64,000 nt of DNA, taken from contig JAAFKI010000010.1 in NCBI GenBank assembly GCA_021399345.1, positions 1 through 64,000 on the forward strand, given 5' to 3'. Position 1 is the first letter of the stretch, and each line of letters opens with the position of its first letter. The notes beneath the pieces are model-generated. The model was not told the DNA's origin, made no database searches, and saw only the letters and a program-made list of their open reading frames with translations. Shown here in pieces: positions 30,068 to 40,585 of the stretch. The position numbers were made by a program, and so were the translations under genes. This DNA comes from Candidatus Heimdallarchaeota archaeon. Its GTDB lineage: Archaea > Asgardarchaeota > Heimdallarchaeia > Heimdallarchaeales > Heimdallarchaeaceae.

Positions 30068-32725
30068 TTATTTCTCTTTCAAAGTTTTTTTACTTTTCTT
30101 AACTAAATCGTTTAGGATATTGAATGCTTCTACTGGTGTTGTTTCTTCTAAATTCAATTTAGAAACATTCTCTACAATTTCTTCATATGCTGAATAAGTA
30201 CTAGAAACTTGTGATTTTGAAGATTTGGTCTTAACAGTTTCACTTTTCTTAGTGGTACTTTTTTCTAACTCTTGTTCATGTAATAATGATAAGCGATTAT
30301 CTGCATTTGTGATAACATCTTCTGGTAATCCTGCTAGTGAAGCAACGTGAATTCCAAAACTCTCACTTATTCCTCCTTCTTTCACTTTGTAGAGGAAGTG
30401 AATATCTCCATTAACATTCTTGATGGAAACATGATAATTTTTTATTCTAGGCATTTTTTCTTCCAGTTCTATTAATTCATGATAGTGTGTTGCAAAAAGT
30501 GTTCGTGGTCCATTCTTTCCAATATGGTCATGAAGATATTCTGTTATTGACCAAGCTATGGCAACCCCATCATATGTTGATGTTCCTCTACCAACTTCAT
30601 CTAGAATTACTAAGCTTTTTTCTGTAGCATTATTGAGGATATTAGCACATTCATACATTTCTACCATGAATGTTGAACGATTTTCTACTAAAACATCATG
30701 AGCACCTATTCTTGTAAAAATTCTATCAGTTAGTCCGATTCTTGCAAAGCTTGCTGGTACAAAACTACCAATTTGAGCCATTAAAACTACTAAAGCAACT
30801 TGTCTCAGTAATGTACTTTTTCCTCCCATGTTTGGACCTGTGATAATTAATATTCTCTCTGAATCATTTTTCAGTAATGTATCATTTGGAATAAAGGATG
30901 TTTGTTCCAATAGTCTTTCAACAACAGGATGTCTCCCGTCCTTTATTTCAATAATGCTTTCTTTCGTAATTTCTGGCTTTGAGTAATCATAATAAACTGC
31001 ATTTTGTGCAAAGGTTCCTATAACATCAATCACAGCACAGTAATTAGCATTTTGTTGGATTGGTGTGGCATATTGAGTTATTTCCTCTAATAATTGGTCG
31101 AATAATTCTTCTTCTAAAACTAGTATTTTTTCTTCAGCGTTTAGAATCTTTTCTTCATATTCTTTTAGTTCTGGAGTAATATATCTCTCAGCATTCACAA
31201 GTGTTTGTTTTCTTTCATATTCTTGAGGAACATTAACTGCAGAGGCCTTTGGGACTTCAATATAATAGCCAAATACTTTGTTATAACGAATCTTTAAAGT
31301 CTTTATTCCAGTTCGAACTTTCTCTCTTGCTTCTAAAGAAGTAAGAAATGATTTTCCCCCTCTTTGTATTTTCCTTAGCTCGTCTAGCTCTTCATTATAT
31401 CCGTCTCTAATAACATTACCATCTTTAATACTCACAGGGACTTCATCTTCAATTCCTGTAGCAATTATATTTACCACTTCTGGCAATGGATCAATATTCT
31501 TTTTGATATCTTTTATGAGATATGCTTTGAATTCTGAAAGAACTGCTTTAATATTTGGTATCAATTCCAATGAACTTTTCAAAGCGGTTAAATCTCGTGG
31601 TTTACTTCTTCCAAGACATATTCTTCCAATCAGGCGTTCAATATCATTCATTCTTCCAAGTATGTTTCTCAATTCTTCTCTAGATACTGAATCAGAGGAT
31701 AATTCTTCTGTTGCATCAATTCTCTCTTGAATTATTGAAAGATTGAGACTAGGCCGTAGTATCCATGTTGTGAGCAATCTTGATCCCCCTGGTGTTTTAG
31801 TATTATCAAGAACTTGTCTCAGTGTTCCATATTCTGTTCTGTCCCGTGAATTTTCTATCAATTCAAGATTTCTAATAGTGCTGAAATCAAGTAACATATG
31901 GTCTTGACTTTTGATTTGACTAATTTTTGTGATATTTGGAAAATTTTCTCTCATTTGAGTTTCTTTAATGTATCTGAGTGTAGCTCCTGCTGCTCCTATC
32001 GAAGGAACGAATTCGTTTACTCCATATCCATCTAAGCTTAGAACATCGAATAATCTACGAAGATTCTGAAGTCCTTGCTCAATATCAAAAAAATAATCAT
32101 CTCTATATGTGATAGTACACTTTTGCTGATCAAAATAGATATTCAATTTTGCCCAGAATTCTTGGGTTACTATGATTTCTGATGGATTAAGGCGGGTTAA
32201 TTCTACTTCTAGTAAATTCTTTGCTTTTTCACCTTCAAAATCTGTAACTAAAAACTCACCTGTAGATAAATCTAGAGCTGAAAGACCTATCAAATTTCCC
32301 TCCTTGTAAATTGCAGCTAAGTAATTATTATACCCCTTTGCTAGAGATTCTGGTAAAGTGATTGTTCCTCTGGAGATTAACTGCACAACTCCTCTTTTTA
32401 CAATTTTCTTAGTTGTTTGTGGATCCTCCAATTGTTCAACCATTGCAACCTTGTACCCATTTTCTACCATTTTGGCAATATATGCATCCACTGCATGATA
32501 TGGAACACCTGCTAAAGGAAATTTCTTTTCTCCTAGTGTGCGAGCTGTGAGAGTAATATTAAGAACTCGAGAAGCTATTTGTGCATCTTCATTAAATGTT
32601 TCATAGAAATCTCCCGCTCTGAAAAATATGATATACTCAGAATATTGTTTCTTAATATCCTGCCATTGTTGCATCATTGGGGTTAGTTTAGGCATAAGCT
32701 TTCTATCATCAAAACGCTTCATCAT
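30068..32725 (-). CDS. mutS: DNA mismatch repair protein MutS (MutS1)
   Basis: TPMMQQ, GDFYE, TGPNMGGKST, STFMVEM, DEVGRGT and ATHYHEL motifs. Confidence 0.97.
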   Translation of the reverse strand: MMKRFDDRKLMPKLTPMMQQWQDIKKQYSEYIIFFRAGDFYETFNEDAQIASRVLNITLTARTLGEKKFPLAGVPYHAVDAYIAKMVENGYKVAMVEQLEDPQTTKKIVKRGVVQLISRGTITLPESLAKGYNNYLAAIYKEGNLIGLSALDLSTGEFLVTDFEGEKAKNLLEVELTRLNPSEIIVTQEFWAKLNIYFDQQKCTITYRDDYFFDIEQGLQNLRRLFDVLSLDGYGVNEFVPSIGAAGATLRYIKETQMRENFPNITKISQIKSQDHMLLDFSTIRNLELIENSRDRTEYGTLRQVLDNTKTPGGSRLLTTWILRPSLNLSIIQERIDATEELSSDSVSREELRNILGRMNDIERLIGRICLGRSKPRDLTALKSSLELIPNIKAVLSEFKAYLIKDIKKNIDPLPEVVNIIATGIEDEVPVSIKDGNVIRDGYNEELDELRKIQRGGKSFLTSLEAREKVRTGIKTLKIRYNKVFGYYIEVPKASAVNVPQEYERKQTLVNAERYITPELKEYEEKILNAEEKILVLEEELFDQLLEEITQYATPIQQNANYCAVIDVIGTFAQNAVYYDYSKPEITKESIIEIKDGRHPVVERLLEQTSFIPNDTLLKNDSERILIITGPNMGGKSTLLRQVALVVLMAQIGSFVPASFARIGLTDRIFTRIGAHDVLVENRSTFMVEMYECANILNNATEKSLVILDEVGRGTSTYDGVAIAWSITEYLHDHIGKNGPRTLFATHYHELIELEEKMPRIKNYHVSIKNVNGDIHFLYKVKEGGISESFGIHVASLAGLPEDVITNADNRLSLLHEQELEKSTTKKSETVKTKSSKSQVSSTYSAYEEIVENVSKLNLEETTPVEAFNILNDLVKKSKKTLKEK

Positions 32726-32740
32726 TTCTACTCTCTTTAG

Positions 32741-33565
32741 CTATCTTCTCTTAAATTCTTTTTTCTTTTGAATATAAAAATCATATACATCTTTTGGTTG
32801 TTTCTTAGGATCTGCTGCACCCCAAGAGTATATGTCTTCAGGATTATCTTCGCTTAAGTAGAACCATCCCCCTTCTTCAATAATTTTCTTCAGTTGATTT
32901 ATTATGGCAACTCCGGCACTAGCACCTAATCTGTCTGCACTTGCATTGACCAGCCGTACAGCGGTCCTTGCAGTTTTTATTCCCCCTGCTGCTTTTACGC
33001 TTAGATCTTTACCAACAGCTTGTCGCATAAGAGCAATGTGATCAATAAAAGCTCCCATCGGTCCAAAACCTGTTGATGTTTTTACATAATGAGCACCTGA
33101 ACTTTTCGAAATTTGACTGGCTTTAACAATCTGATCATCAGTTAGAAATCCTGTTTCTAATATCACTTTTACAATTACACCATCTGCAGCTTGAACTACT
33201 CTGCTGATATCCTTACCTACAGCGAAATAGTTATTTTCTCTGAAACTACCTATGTCCATAACCATATCGATTTCATTTGCACCATAACTAATTGCTTCCA
33301 AAGTTTCAGTTTCTTTTGTTTTTGATGTAGAAGCTCCCAACGGAAAACCAACAACTGCTGCAATATTAACCTCAGATTTTTTTAGAATTTCTCTACAAAA
33401 GGATATATGTTCAGAATTAACACAAACGGCAGCAAAATTGTATTTTAGCGCTTCTTCACACAATTTGCTAATGTCTTTCTTTGTAGCAAATGCTTTAAGA
33501 TTTGTATGATCAATCATACGTGCAAGTTTTTCAGGAGATATTTTTAGGGAATACACAATATACAA
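32741..33565 (-). CDS. deoC: Deoxyribose-phosphate aldolase
   Basis: IDHTNLK, VVGFPLG, EIDMV, VKTSTGF, VKAAGGI and RLGAS motifs. Confidence 0.95.
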   Translation of the reverse strand: MYIVYSLKISPEKLARMIDHTNLKAFATKKDISKLCEEALKYNFAAVCVNSEHISFCREILKKSEVNIAAVVGFPLGASTSKTKETETLEAISYGANEIDMVMDIGSFRENNYFAVGKDISRVVQAADGVIVKVILETGFLTDDQIVKASQISKSSGAHYVKTSTGFGPMGAFIDHIALMRQAVGKDLSVKAAGGIKTARTAVRLVNASADRLGASAGVAIINQLKKIIEEGGWFYLSEDNPEDIYSWGAADPKKQPKDVYDFYIQKKKEFKRR

Positions 33566-33784
33566 ATATATTGAAAATACAAAAATATTCCGAATGTTTT
33601 GTTTTTATATGCATTAGTGACTTTTTACTGCAAATTTTTATTTTGAAACCCTCTAATCAAAGTTTTATCCTATTTTCAAAAGTGCTGTGATTTAAATTTA
33701 AAAAAATAAAATGTATAAGAAGCCAAAATATTTAAAATCATTCCTCCTCATTGGCACAAAGATTAGAAACACGAGGTTTCATTT

Positions 33785-35878
33785 ATGAAGAAAATCAGAA
33801 GTACGATGTTTACTTTGACTATACTAGTTGTAATTTCAATGTCATTAATAACAATGTCCGGATTAGTTCAAGGTTACTCCAACGATATCATGGTAACTGA
33901 ACCAACCAATCTAAGCAATCCCATCCCCCCAATTAGTGAAGAAGTTTATTCCCTTTCATCTAATTACACCTATGGGTTTAACGCAACTGCTGTTGTTAAT
34001 AGAACAGTAGAAATGCAGACTTTTGGCACTCTGGGTTTAATAGATTCTATTGAAGTAAATATCATTGGGAATGAAAGCGTGATGACATATTTCAATTACA
34101 CTCTGCCTAACATTCATGTTGATAATATTACATTTGCAAGTTTCCGTGTTTCGAATGCATCATATGAAGGTATAGGGAACTCAACTGCTAAGAGAACCTA
34201 TACTTTTCAGAAATATATTAATTACACAACCTTCACGGTTCCATTTAACCTAGACTTAACAAGTATTGGTCAAGGAGCTCAATATTTCATCAATGTCTAT
34301 ATTGAATTTGCATATCCTTATACATATACAATTGTTAATACTGAACAAGTGCTCAAGTATGAGGAATTAGTTTACCCTTTAATCAATAATATTCCAATAG
34401 TTGATGGATTAGTCTGGATAGAAAAACAAGGAGGAGATATTTTCTTAGACGATGCGGAACATACAATAACTCCTAACAATTCTACAGAAGGCATAATATT
34501 AATCACTGATGCCGAAACTGGTCTTCTAAAGTGGTCTAACATAACTAGAGAGCCATTTAATTATACTCAATCATATGAAGATGATTTGATGTTGAACGTC
34601 TATTTATCATCAGTTAGTGCTTCCGGTGATGTAGAAAATCCTGCTAACACAATTCTGTTTAAATCATCTAATGTGTATCGGAAAATTGAAATTGATCCTT
34701 TTGGTTTGGTTAAGATAACAGAATCTCAAACATTAGTTTTTCTTGGTCCTAAGAAACCAGATGATTATAATGAAATAGATCTAAAACCATATGCTCTGAA
34801 CGCCTTTCCTATAATTATGCCAATAAATGCAACCGTCATAGATCTATACGACGATGTAGGTTCATTAAATCAAATTTATCAAGTTGAGAATCAAATATTT
34901 ACTCCGGGGGCATATAATCAACGTCCTAGCGTTTTTCCAGGTCATGATGCATTGGTGATATTTCCAAGAACACCATTGTTCAATGGGGACCAAATGGTCT
35001 TCACCATAATTTATAAAGTTCCTTTGAATACCTTCTTAACAAAAGAAACAGGCTCTATTAACTATAAGTTTTCATTTGAGCCATGTTCTATCGTGAATTG
35101 GACCATTGATGAACTCAAAGTAGATGTTATTCTACCTAAGGGAGCTGTATACCAAGAAATTCAATACAATAATCCTGATCCCTATCAAGATATGTATATA
35201 AGTTACGATAAAAAATTCGAATTCACTACACTTGGATTTAAACGCATTATGAGCTTTAAGTTCACTACTTTTTCAGGTAATGACAATGCTCCTGTAATAA
35301 TCAGTTACCGCTATTCGAGATTGAACATATTGATTACTTATTTATTACAAGTAATTGTTGTAGGTGTAGTCTTTGCAATCTATCTTGGTATTAGGTGGTC
35401 AACAAAGAAAGCTAAAGATTTAGTGGTAGATGAATCGGATAAAGAATTTATTCCAGTGGATGAAATCGAGGAATTTGTTAAACAATATGAAGAAATTTTA
35501 TCTATTCGTGAAAGATTACGGGAAACTAGGTCAAAATTAGCTGCAAAGAAATTGAAAGCTAAAGCAGGCAAAGATTTGATTGCCAAACTCGAGAAACGCC
35601 AAAGAATAGAGGAAGAAGATCTGAAGAAGACAAAAGAATCTCTGATAGCTTTTGGTGGAAGATATAAGGAAAATGTTCAAAAGATCGAGATTGCAGAAAG
35701 AAAACTTTACGAAGAAAGAAGAAATCTTCGCATGCTTCAACAAGAATACAGGGTCAAGAAGAACATGACAAGAGAGTCATATATGAAACTCTTCAGAGAA
35801 AGGCAACAAACTATTGAGAAACTAAAGAACGAAATTAATAGTCACTTAATCAGTCTAAGAATGCTTTTAGAACCTTAA
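33785..35878 (+). CDS. Ribophorin I (RPN1/Ost1)-like type I membrane glycoprotein
   Basis: Signal peptide; two beta domains; YDDVGSL...FPRTPLFNG...YKVP matches the RPN1 pattern YRDEIGN...PRFPLFGG...YNLP; one TM; cytosolic coiled coil. Confidence 0.75.
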   Translation: MKKIRSTMFTLTILVVISMSLITMSGLVQGYSNDIMVTEPTNLSNPIPPISEEVYSLSSNYTYGFNATAVVNRTVEMQTFGTLGLIDSIEVNIIGNESVMTYFNYTLPNIHVDNITFASFRVSNASYEGIGNSTAKRTYTFQKYINYTTFTVPFNLDLTSIGQGAQYFINVYIEFAYPYTYTIVNTEQVLKYEELVYPLINNIPIVDGLVWIEKQGGDIFLDDAEHTITPNNSTEGIILITDAETGLLKWSNITREPFNYTQSYEDDLMLNVYLSSVSASGDVENPANTILFKSSNVYRKIEIDPFGLVKITESQTLVFLGPKKPDDYNEIDLKPYALNAFPIIMPINATVIDLYDDVGSLNQIYQVENQIFTPGAYNQRPSVFPGHDALVIFPRTPLFNGDQMVFTIIYKVPLNTFLTKETGSINYKFSFEPCSIVNWTIDELKVDVILPKGAVYQEIQYNNPDPYQDMYISYDKKFEFTTLGFKRIMSFKFTTFSGNDNAPVIISYRYSRLNILITYLLQVIVVGVVFAIYLGIRWSTKKAKDLVVDESDKEFIPVDEIEEFVKQYEEILSIRERLRETRSKLAAKKLKAKAGKDLIAKLEKRQRIEEEDLKKTKESLIAFGGRYKENVQKIEIAERKLYEERRNLRMLQQEYRVKKNMTRESYMKLFRERQQTIEKLKNEINSHLISLRMLLEP

Positions 35879-35928
35879 TTCTCTATTCCCTTTTTTCTTT
35901 TATTTTTATTTTTATTTATCTTATTTCT
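35879..35928 (+). terminator. U-rich terminator tract
   Basis: Long T-rich run directly after the stop codon. Confidence 0.5.
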
Positions 35929-35970
35929 GAAAAAACTTATAAGAAGCTCCGCGATTTTTATTTTACTAAA

Positions 35971-36384
35971 GTGGGAATCATGCATCTTGAAAGTATAACT
36001 GAGAGCGCGGAAACAATAGGAAAAGAAGTTCCAGGTCTTTTTGACGTTGCACAAGACCTTGCTCAGGTTTTGAAGAAAGGTAGGCTTATGCTCAATAAAT
36101 TATTTGATCAATGTAATCGTGAAGGATTAAACATAGATTTGAGCCCTGAAGAGCAGAATGAAATTTCTTTGAAAGTAGCATTAGTGACCAATCCTGACCA
36201 AGTTTTTCAATATGCACGAATTGTACAGCTTGTTTTTCAACTCAACTATTTCTCAAAATGCTATGAAAAAGCATTAGGATATGAAAAACTCCCCAATATT
36301 ATAGAAAAAGAGGCTAAAAAACTTCATGTGAAAATAGAAGAGTTTCGCAGACTAATAGAAAAGGAATACGTAGCAAGTATTTAG
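35971..36384 (+). CDS. Hypothetical helical protein
   Basis: 137-aa ORF with no recognised motif. Confidence 0.6.
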   Translation: MGIMHLESITESAETIGKEVPGLFDVAQDLAQVLKKGRLMLNKLFDQCNREGLNIDLSPEEQNEISLKVALVTNPDQVFQYARIVQLVFQLNYFSKCYEKALGYEKLPNIIEKEAKKLHVKIEEFRRLIEKEYVASI

Positions 36385-36457
36385 TAGAGTTCTTATTTTC
36401 TACTAATCATAAGAAAGATTTATTGAATTCAAGTTTTACTGGTAGGTTGACTTCAAA

Positions 36458-37213
36458 ATGCTTAGTAAAAATGAGTTAGAGAAATACAATCGTCAAATTA
36501 TAATCTCAAACATCGGTGTTGAGGGTCAAAAAACACTGAAATCAAGTAAAGTTTTGGTAATAGGTTTAGGCGGGTTAGGTTCTAGCGTTGTATATTACTT
36601 AGCTTCAGCTGGGGTTGGAAATTTAGGATTACTAGATCAAGATAGAGTAGAATTGTCCAATTTAAATCGTCAAATTTTACATTATGAAACTGATCTGGAT
36701 AAAACTAAAACAGATTCAGCATTCAACAAACTTTCTCAACTCAATTCAGATATAGAAATAATATTACACAAAACTCATCTTAATGAAAGTAATGCAGAAA
36801 AAATAATCTCTGGTTATGATTTTGTAGTAGAAGCGAGTGATAATTTTGAAACAAAATTCCTTGTAAATGATATGTGTATCAAATTGGGGGTACCTTTTGT
36901 GATAGGTGGTGTATTCCAGTTTGAAGGACAAATGATAACTGTTTTACCTAAAGAAACAGCTTGTTACAGATGTGTTTTCAAAGAAATACCCACACCGGGT
37001 ACTTATCCCACTACTGGAGAAGAGGGAGTTATGGGGACAACAGCAGGATTTTTTGGTTTAATAGAAGCCAATGAAGCTATAAAATATCTGATTTTCAAAG
37101 ATAAAGATAAACTACTTGCTAACAAAATACTACACGCTGATTTACAATACAACAGCTTCGAAACCTTCGAAGTTGAGAGAGATGTAAATTGCATTTGTAG
37201 AAGAAATAACTAA
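36458..37213 (+). CDS. ThiF/MoeB/HesA (E1-like) adenylyltransferase
   Basis: KYNRQ, GLGGLG, VELSNLNRQ, SDNF and ACYRC motifs. Confidence 0.92.
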   Translation: MLSKNELEKYNRQIIISNIGVEGQKTLKSSKVLVIGLGGLGSSVVYYLASAGVGNLGLLDQDRVELSNLNRQILHYETDLDKTKTDSAFNKLSQLNSDIEIILHKTHLNESNAEKIISGYDFVVEASDNFETKFLVNDMCIKLGVPFVIGGVFQFEGQMITVLPKETACYRCVFKEIPTPGTYPTTGEEGVMGTTAGFFGLIEANEAIKYLIFKDKDKLLANKILHADLQYNSFETFEVERDVNCICRRNN

Positions 37214-37259
37214 ATAATACAAGGTAAAGTTTTTTATCTTAAGATTAGGATTTCACAAT

Positions 37260-37829
37260 ATGAATAACAATGTGAGTTATTTTGTTCATCCTACAGCTTT
37301 TATCGAGGATGATGTTACAATTGGAGATGGAACAAAAATTTGGCATCAAGTACAAGTGAGAAAGGGTACAACTATTGGAAAAAATTGTATCTTTGGAAAA
37401 TCTGTTTTTGTTGATTTTGAGGTTAAGATTGGAGATAATGTGAAGATACAAAATTTCGTTTCAGTATACCATGGTGTAACTCTTGAGGACGATGTATTTG
37501 TTGGTCCTCATGTTTGTTTTACAAATGATTACTTGCCACGAGCTGCAAATCCTGAATGGGAATTAGTACCAACCCTAGTCAAAAAAGGTGCTTCGATAGG
37601 AGCTAATGCTACTGTAGTGTGTGGAATAACTGTGGAAGAATATGCAATGATAGGTGCAGGAAGTCTTGTTTCAAAAGATGTACCAGCGCATGCTTTAGTT
37701 TTTGGTAATCCTGCAAGATTGAAAGGATATGTTTGTTATTGTGGTCATGTTATAACCAAAACAGATGATTATTTACCTTCTGGTACTATACTTACATGTG
37801 AAAAGTGTGACAAAGAAAATATAATATAG
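37260..37829 (+). CDS. Hexapeptide-repeat N-acetyltransferase (WbpD/WlbB-like amino-sugar acetylase)
   Basis: VHPTAFI...KIWH, KIQN, FTND, GASIGANAT and GNPAR motifs; C-terminal CxC...CxxC. Confidence 0.88.
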   Translation: MNNNVSYFVHPTAFIEDDVTIGDGTKIWHQVQVRKGTTIGKNCIFGKSVFVDFEVKIGDNVKIQNFVSVYHGVTLEDDVFVGPHVCFTNDYLPRAANPEWELVPTLVKKGASIGANATVVCGITVEEYAMIGAGSLVSKDVPAHALVFGNPARLKGYVCYCGHVITKTDDYLPSGTILTCEKCDKENII

Positions 37830-38033
37830 TAAATTTAGGAACTTTACATATTGCCAGAGCGGTAGAACATTTCTATTTCTTTTCTGAATTCTCTCTACAT
37901 CCGACACAAACCTTAAATAACATGTTTACTTGATAACAAACTACTGAATCATCAAGAATGAAGAGTGTTACAAATCTATAAATGCAAAATCGTACACTAA
38001 TATGATGATTAAAATTTGTTTAGGGGTTAACAA

Positions 38034-38243
38034 ATGAATTTAATTTCAATAAGATTGCCAAGTGAGTTTGTTGAAATTCTGGATGAAATGGTCCTACAGG
38101 GTAGATATGCTTCAAGATCTGAAGCAATAAGGCTCGCGCTTAGAGATTTTTATAGGGAACACTATGCATCAAAACAATCAACTGATTTTCGTTTCCCAAA
38201 TATTGACAACAAATATAATAATATCATTTTTGAAGATGATTAG
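38034..38243 (+). CDS. Ribbon-helix-helix transcription factor (CopG/CdrS-like)
   Basis: ISIRLP...LDEMV..GRYASRSEAIRLALRD. Confidence 0.88.
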   Translation: MNLISIRLPSEFVEILDEMVLQGRYASRSEAIRLALRDFYREHYASKQSTDFRFPNIDNKYNNIIFEDD

Positions 38244-38409
38244 ATTCTTCAATTTCATCTATTTCCATCTATAAGGAGCATTTGAAGAAACGTTAGGTTT
38301 AACAAAGTGAGATTTTTTAGTAATATACAATCAGATTAAATGTGTCTTGGAGATAATCCAATACTGAAGTGTTAACTTTGAGATTAGATCTCTTTACTGA
38401 AATCCAATA

Positions 38410-39441
38410 TTGGTGGAAAAGATGGTAGACATGAAACAAGATGATTCTAATGAAACAAGCTCCCTTGATGTAACAAAGAAGAATCGTTTTGTAAAGACTC
38501 AAAATTTCTTTTCAAAAATTAATGAAAAAATAACTCCTGCTTTACCTTATCTGAAAAATAGATACCTGAGATATTCTGTTTCTTTCGTCCTTCTAGGACT
38601 TGTAGTTTATCTTTACATTCTTTTTGAAACATTTCGTGAAGAAGAGAAAGCAAAGTTTCTATCCATCCCAATTCCTACGGCTGCTCTTGTTCCTATGGGT
38701 TTAGTGTTTGCTCTTATCATGGTTCTATATGTTTCGTGGGATGATCCTTTTTTCAAGAAATACAGAACCCCTGGTTTGTATATGGTTATCTTAACAACTG
38801 TTTTTTATGCATTAATTTTTTCAGGTATAGATACCTTTCTTTTTGATTTAGGAATAGCTAGATGGCTAACAAAACTAACTGGAACTATAGTGTCTTCTTT
38901 ATTGATTGCTTTTGGTATGAATATTAGTGATGTTACTTGGTTAACAACGAGTTATATGACTAAAATTGATTTTATGACAGCTCCTAGTGGAGAAGCCGCA
39001 ATACTCATTGATGCTAGGTGTAGTGGTATTCATTCCCTTACAATCTTTACAGCCATATTCCTAATCATGTTATTTGAAGCAAGAAAAAGACTACGTTGGA
39101 ATTATAGAACAGGACTTGTTACATTAATTGGAATTTTTGGAACCTACTTCATCAATATTTTACGAATTATCATAGTAATTTCATTATACTACTTCTATGG
39201 AAGAGAGGTTGGAGAACCAGTACATAATTACCTCGGCTACATTATGCTTATTTTATGGATACCTGTTTTCTGGTTATTTATACTTCCTTTGAGTGAGAAA
39301 AAGGAGATTAGAGAACAAAGAAAACAAAAACGATTAGAAAGAAAAAAGAAGAAAAAAAAGAAAAATCGCAAAATAAGAACAGAAAACGTAGAAGAAAAGA
39401 CCTCTGAAAGCGATATTGATGACTCTAGTTCTTCTTTATAG
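38410..39441 (+). CDS. Exosortase/archaeosortase family transpeptidase
   Basis: IDARCSGIHS (Cys), NILRI (Arg) and VHNYLG (His) in a multi-TM protein. Confidence 0.88.
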   Translation: MVEKMVDMKQDDSNETSSLDVTKKNRFVKTQNFFSKINEKITPALPYLKNRYLRYSVSFVLLGLVVYLYILFETFREEEKAKFLSIPIPTAALVPMGLVFALIMVLYVSWDDPFFKKYRTPGLYMVILTTVFYALIFSGIDTFLFDLGIARWLTKLTGTIVSSLLIAFGMNISDVTWLTTSYMTKIDFMTAPSGEAAILIDARCSGIHSLTIFTAIFLIMLFEARKRLRWNYRTGLVTLIGIFGTYFINILRIIIVISLYYFYGREVGEPVHNYLGYIMLILWIPVFWLFILPLSEKKEIREQRKQKRLERKKKKKKKNRKIRTENVEEKTSESDIDDSSSSL

Positions 39442-40581
39442 ATTTTCAAAAACCATTTTTGTTTTTTCTGCAGTATTTTGCCATGAAAGCTGTTTTACTA
39501 CTTCCTTAGACTTTTTCTGAATTTCCTCAATCATCTTTGGATTGTTATGGATTTCAATTGCTTTTGCAGCAAAATGGTCAACAGATCTAGGTGTGATTAT
39601 CAAAGTATTCTTGTGGTCGAAAGTATCTGCTTCAGGAGTTGTTAATACAGGTGTTTGACATGCAAGAGCTTCAAGTAAGACTAAGCTCATCCCCTCATGA
39701 CTAGATGGTAGTAAAAATAGATCTACAGAACTGAAAAAAGTATTCTTTCTATAATTGTCGTATATGTATCCGTAATCTATAATATTCTCTTTTAACCCCA
39801 GCTTATTAATCTGGTTTAATATTTTCTTTCTTGAATTCAAATCATCTCCTGCAATGAGCAATTTGACTTCAGGTATTTTTTCTTTAATTTTCTTAATTAT
39901 TGGCAGAATTAAATGAGCTCCTTTTCCTGCTGTCATTCTTCCAAGGAACCCTAAAACCAATTCATTTTCCTTCTTATTGTAGATCTTTTCGTCTGTTTTG
40001 TAATGAATTCTTGAATCTACACCATTTGGGATGATAGTTATTTTTTCTTCTTCAATAGAGTAACATTTAACTAATTCCTCTTTAATGGCTTCACTAACTG
40101 CTATTAAATGACTGGCTCTTTTTAGAATTCTTTTTTCCACGAATTTCAATAATGGAAATAGAAGACGAACCCTTCGTTCAACCCAACTTAATTGTTTGAA
40201 AGGTAATTTGTCAACTCCTCGTTTTTCCCTGCTAAAAGTGGTATGAACGGTTTCAACAATGGGATATTTGTTTTTAATTCCTAATGACGATAGTAGATTC
40301 ATATTTCCTTGAACTACATCGGGATTTAGTTTCTTAACAATTTCTTTTGACCTCTTCCAGTAGTTTCTAGAATAGAAATATCTTGAGGAAGAGGTTTCAA
40401 TTAAGGATAAAAATGGTACTTCTATTTTTCCATTAGCTGATTCACAATCCTTAGTTGCTGAGATAATATGTGCTTCCCAATCTCCTTCTTCGTTTAAGAT
40501 CTTGGCCAATTGGAAACAATAAATCCAAGTTGCTCCCCTTCTGTATTCTTGAGTTAGAAAGCATACTTTTTTCTTATTCAT
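39436..40581 (-). CDS. Glycosyltransferase family 4
   Basis: IPNGVD, FLGRM...KG and PSSHEGMSLVLLEALA motifs. Confidence 0.92.
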   Translation of the reverse strand: MNKKKVCFLTQEYRRGATWIYCFQLAKILNEEGDWEAHIISATKDCESANGKIEVPFLSLIETSSSRYFYSRNYWKRSKEIVKKLNPDVVQGNMNLLSSLGIKNKYPIVETVHTTFSREKRGVDKLPFKQLSWVERRVRLLFPLLKFVEKRILKRASHLIAVSEAIKEELVKCYSIEEEKITIIPNGVDSRIHYKTDEKIYNKKENELVLGFLGRMTAGKGAHLILPIIKKIKEKIPEVKLLIAGDDLNSRKKILNQINKLGLKENIIDYGYIYDNYRKNTFFSSVDLFLLPSSHEGMSLVLLEALACQTPVLTTPEADTFDHKNTLIITPRSVDHFAAKAIEIHNNPKMIEEIQKKSKEVVKQLSWQNTAEKTKMVFENL

Positions 40582-40585
40582 TATA

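Noticed and set aside
33570-33610. Imperfect inverted repeat upstream of deoC
   Set aside because: It is almost entirely A/T with mismatches, as expected by chance at this base composition
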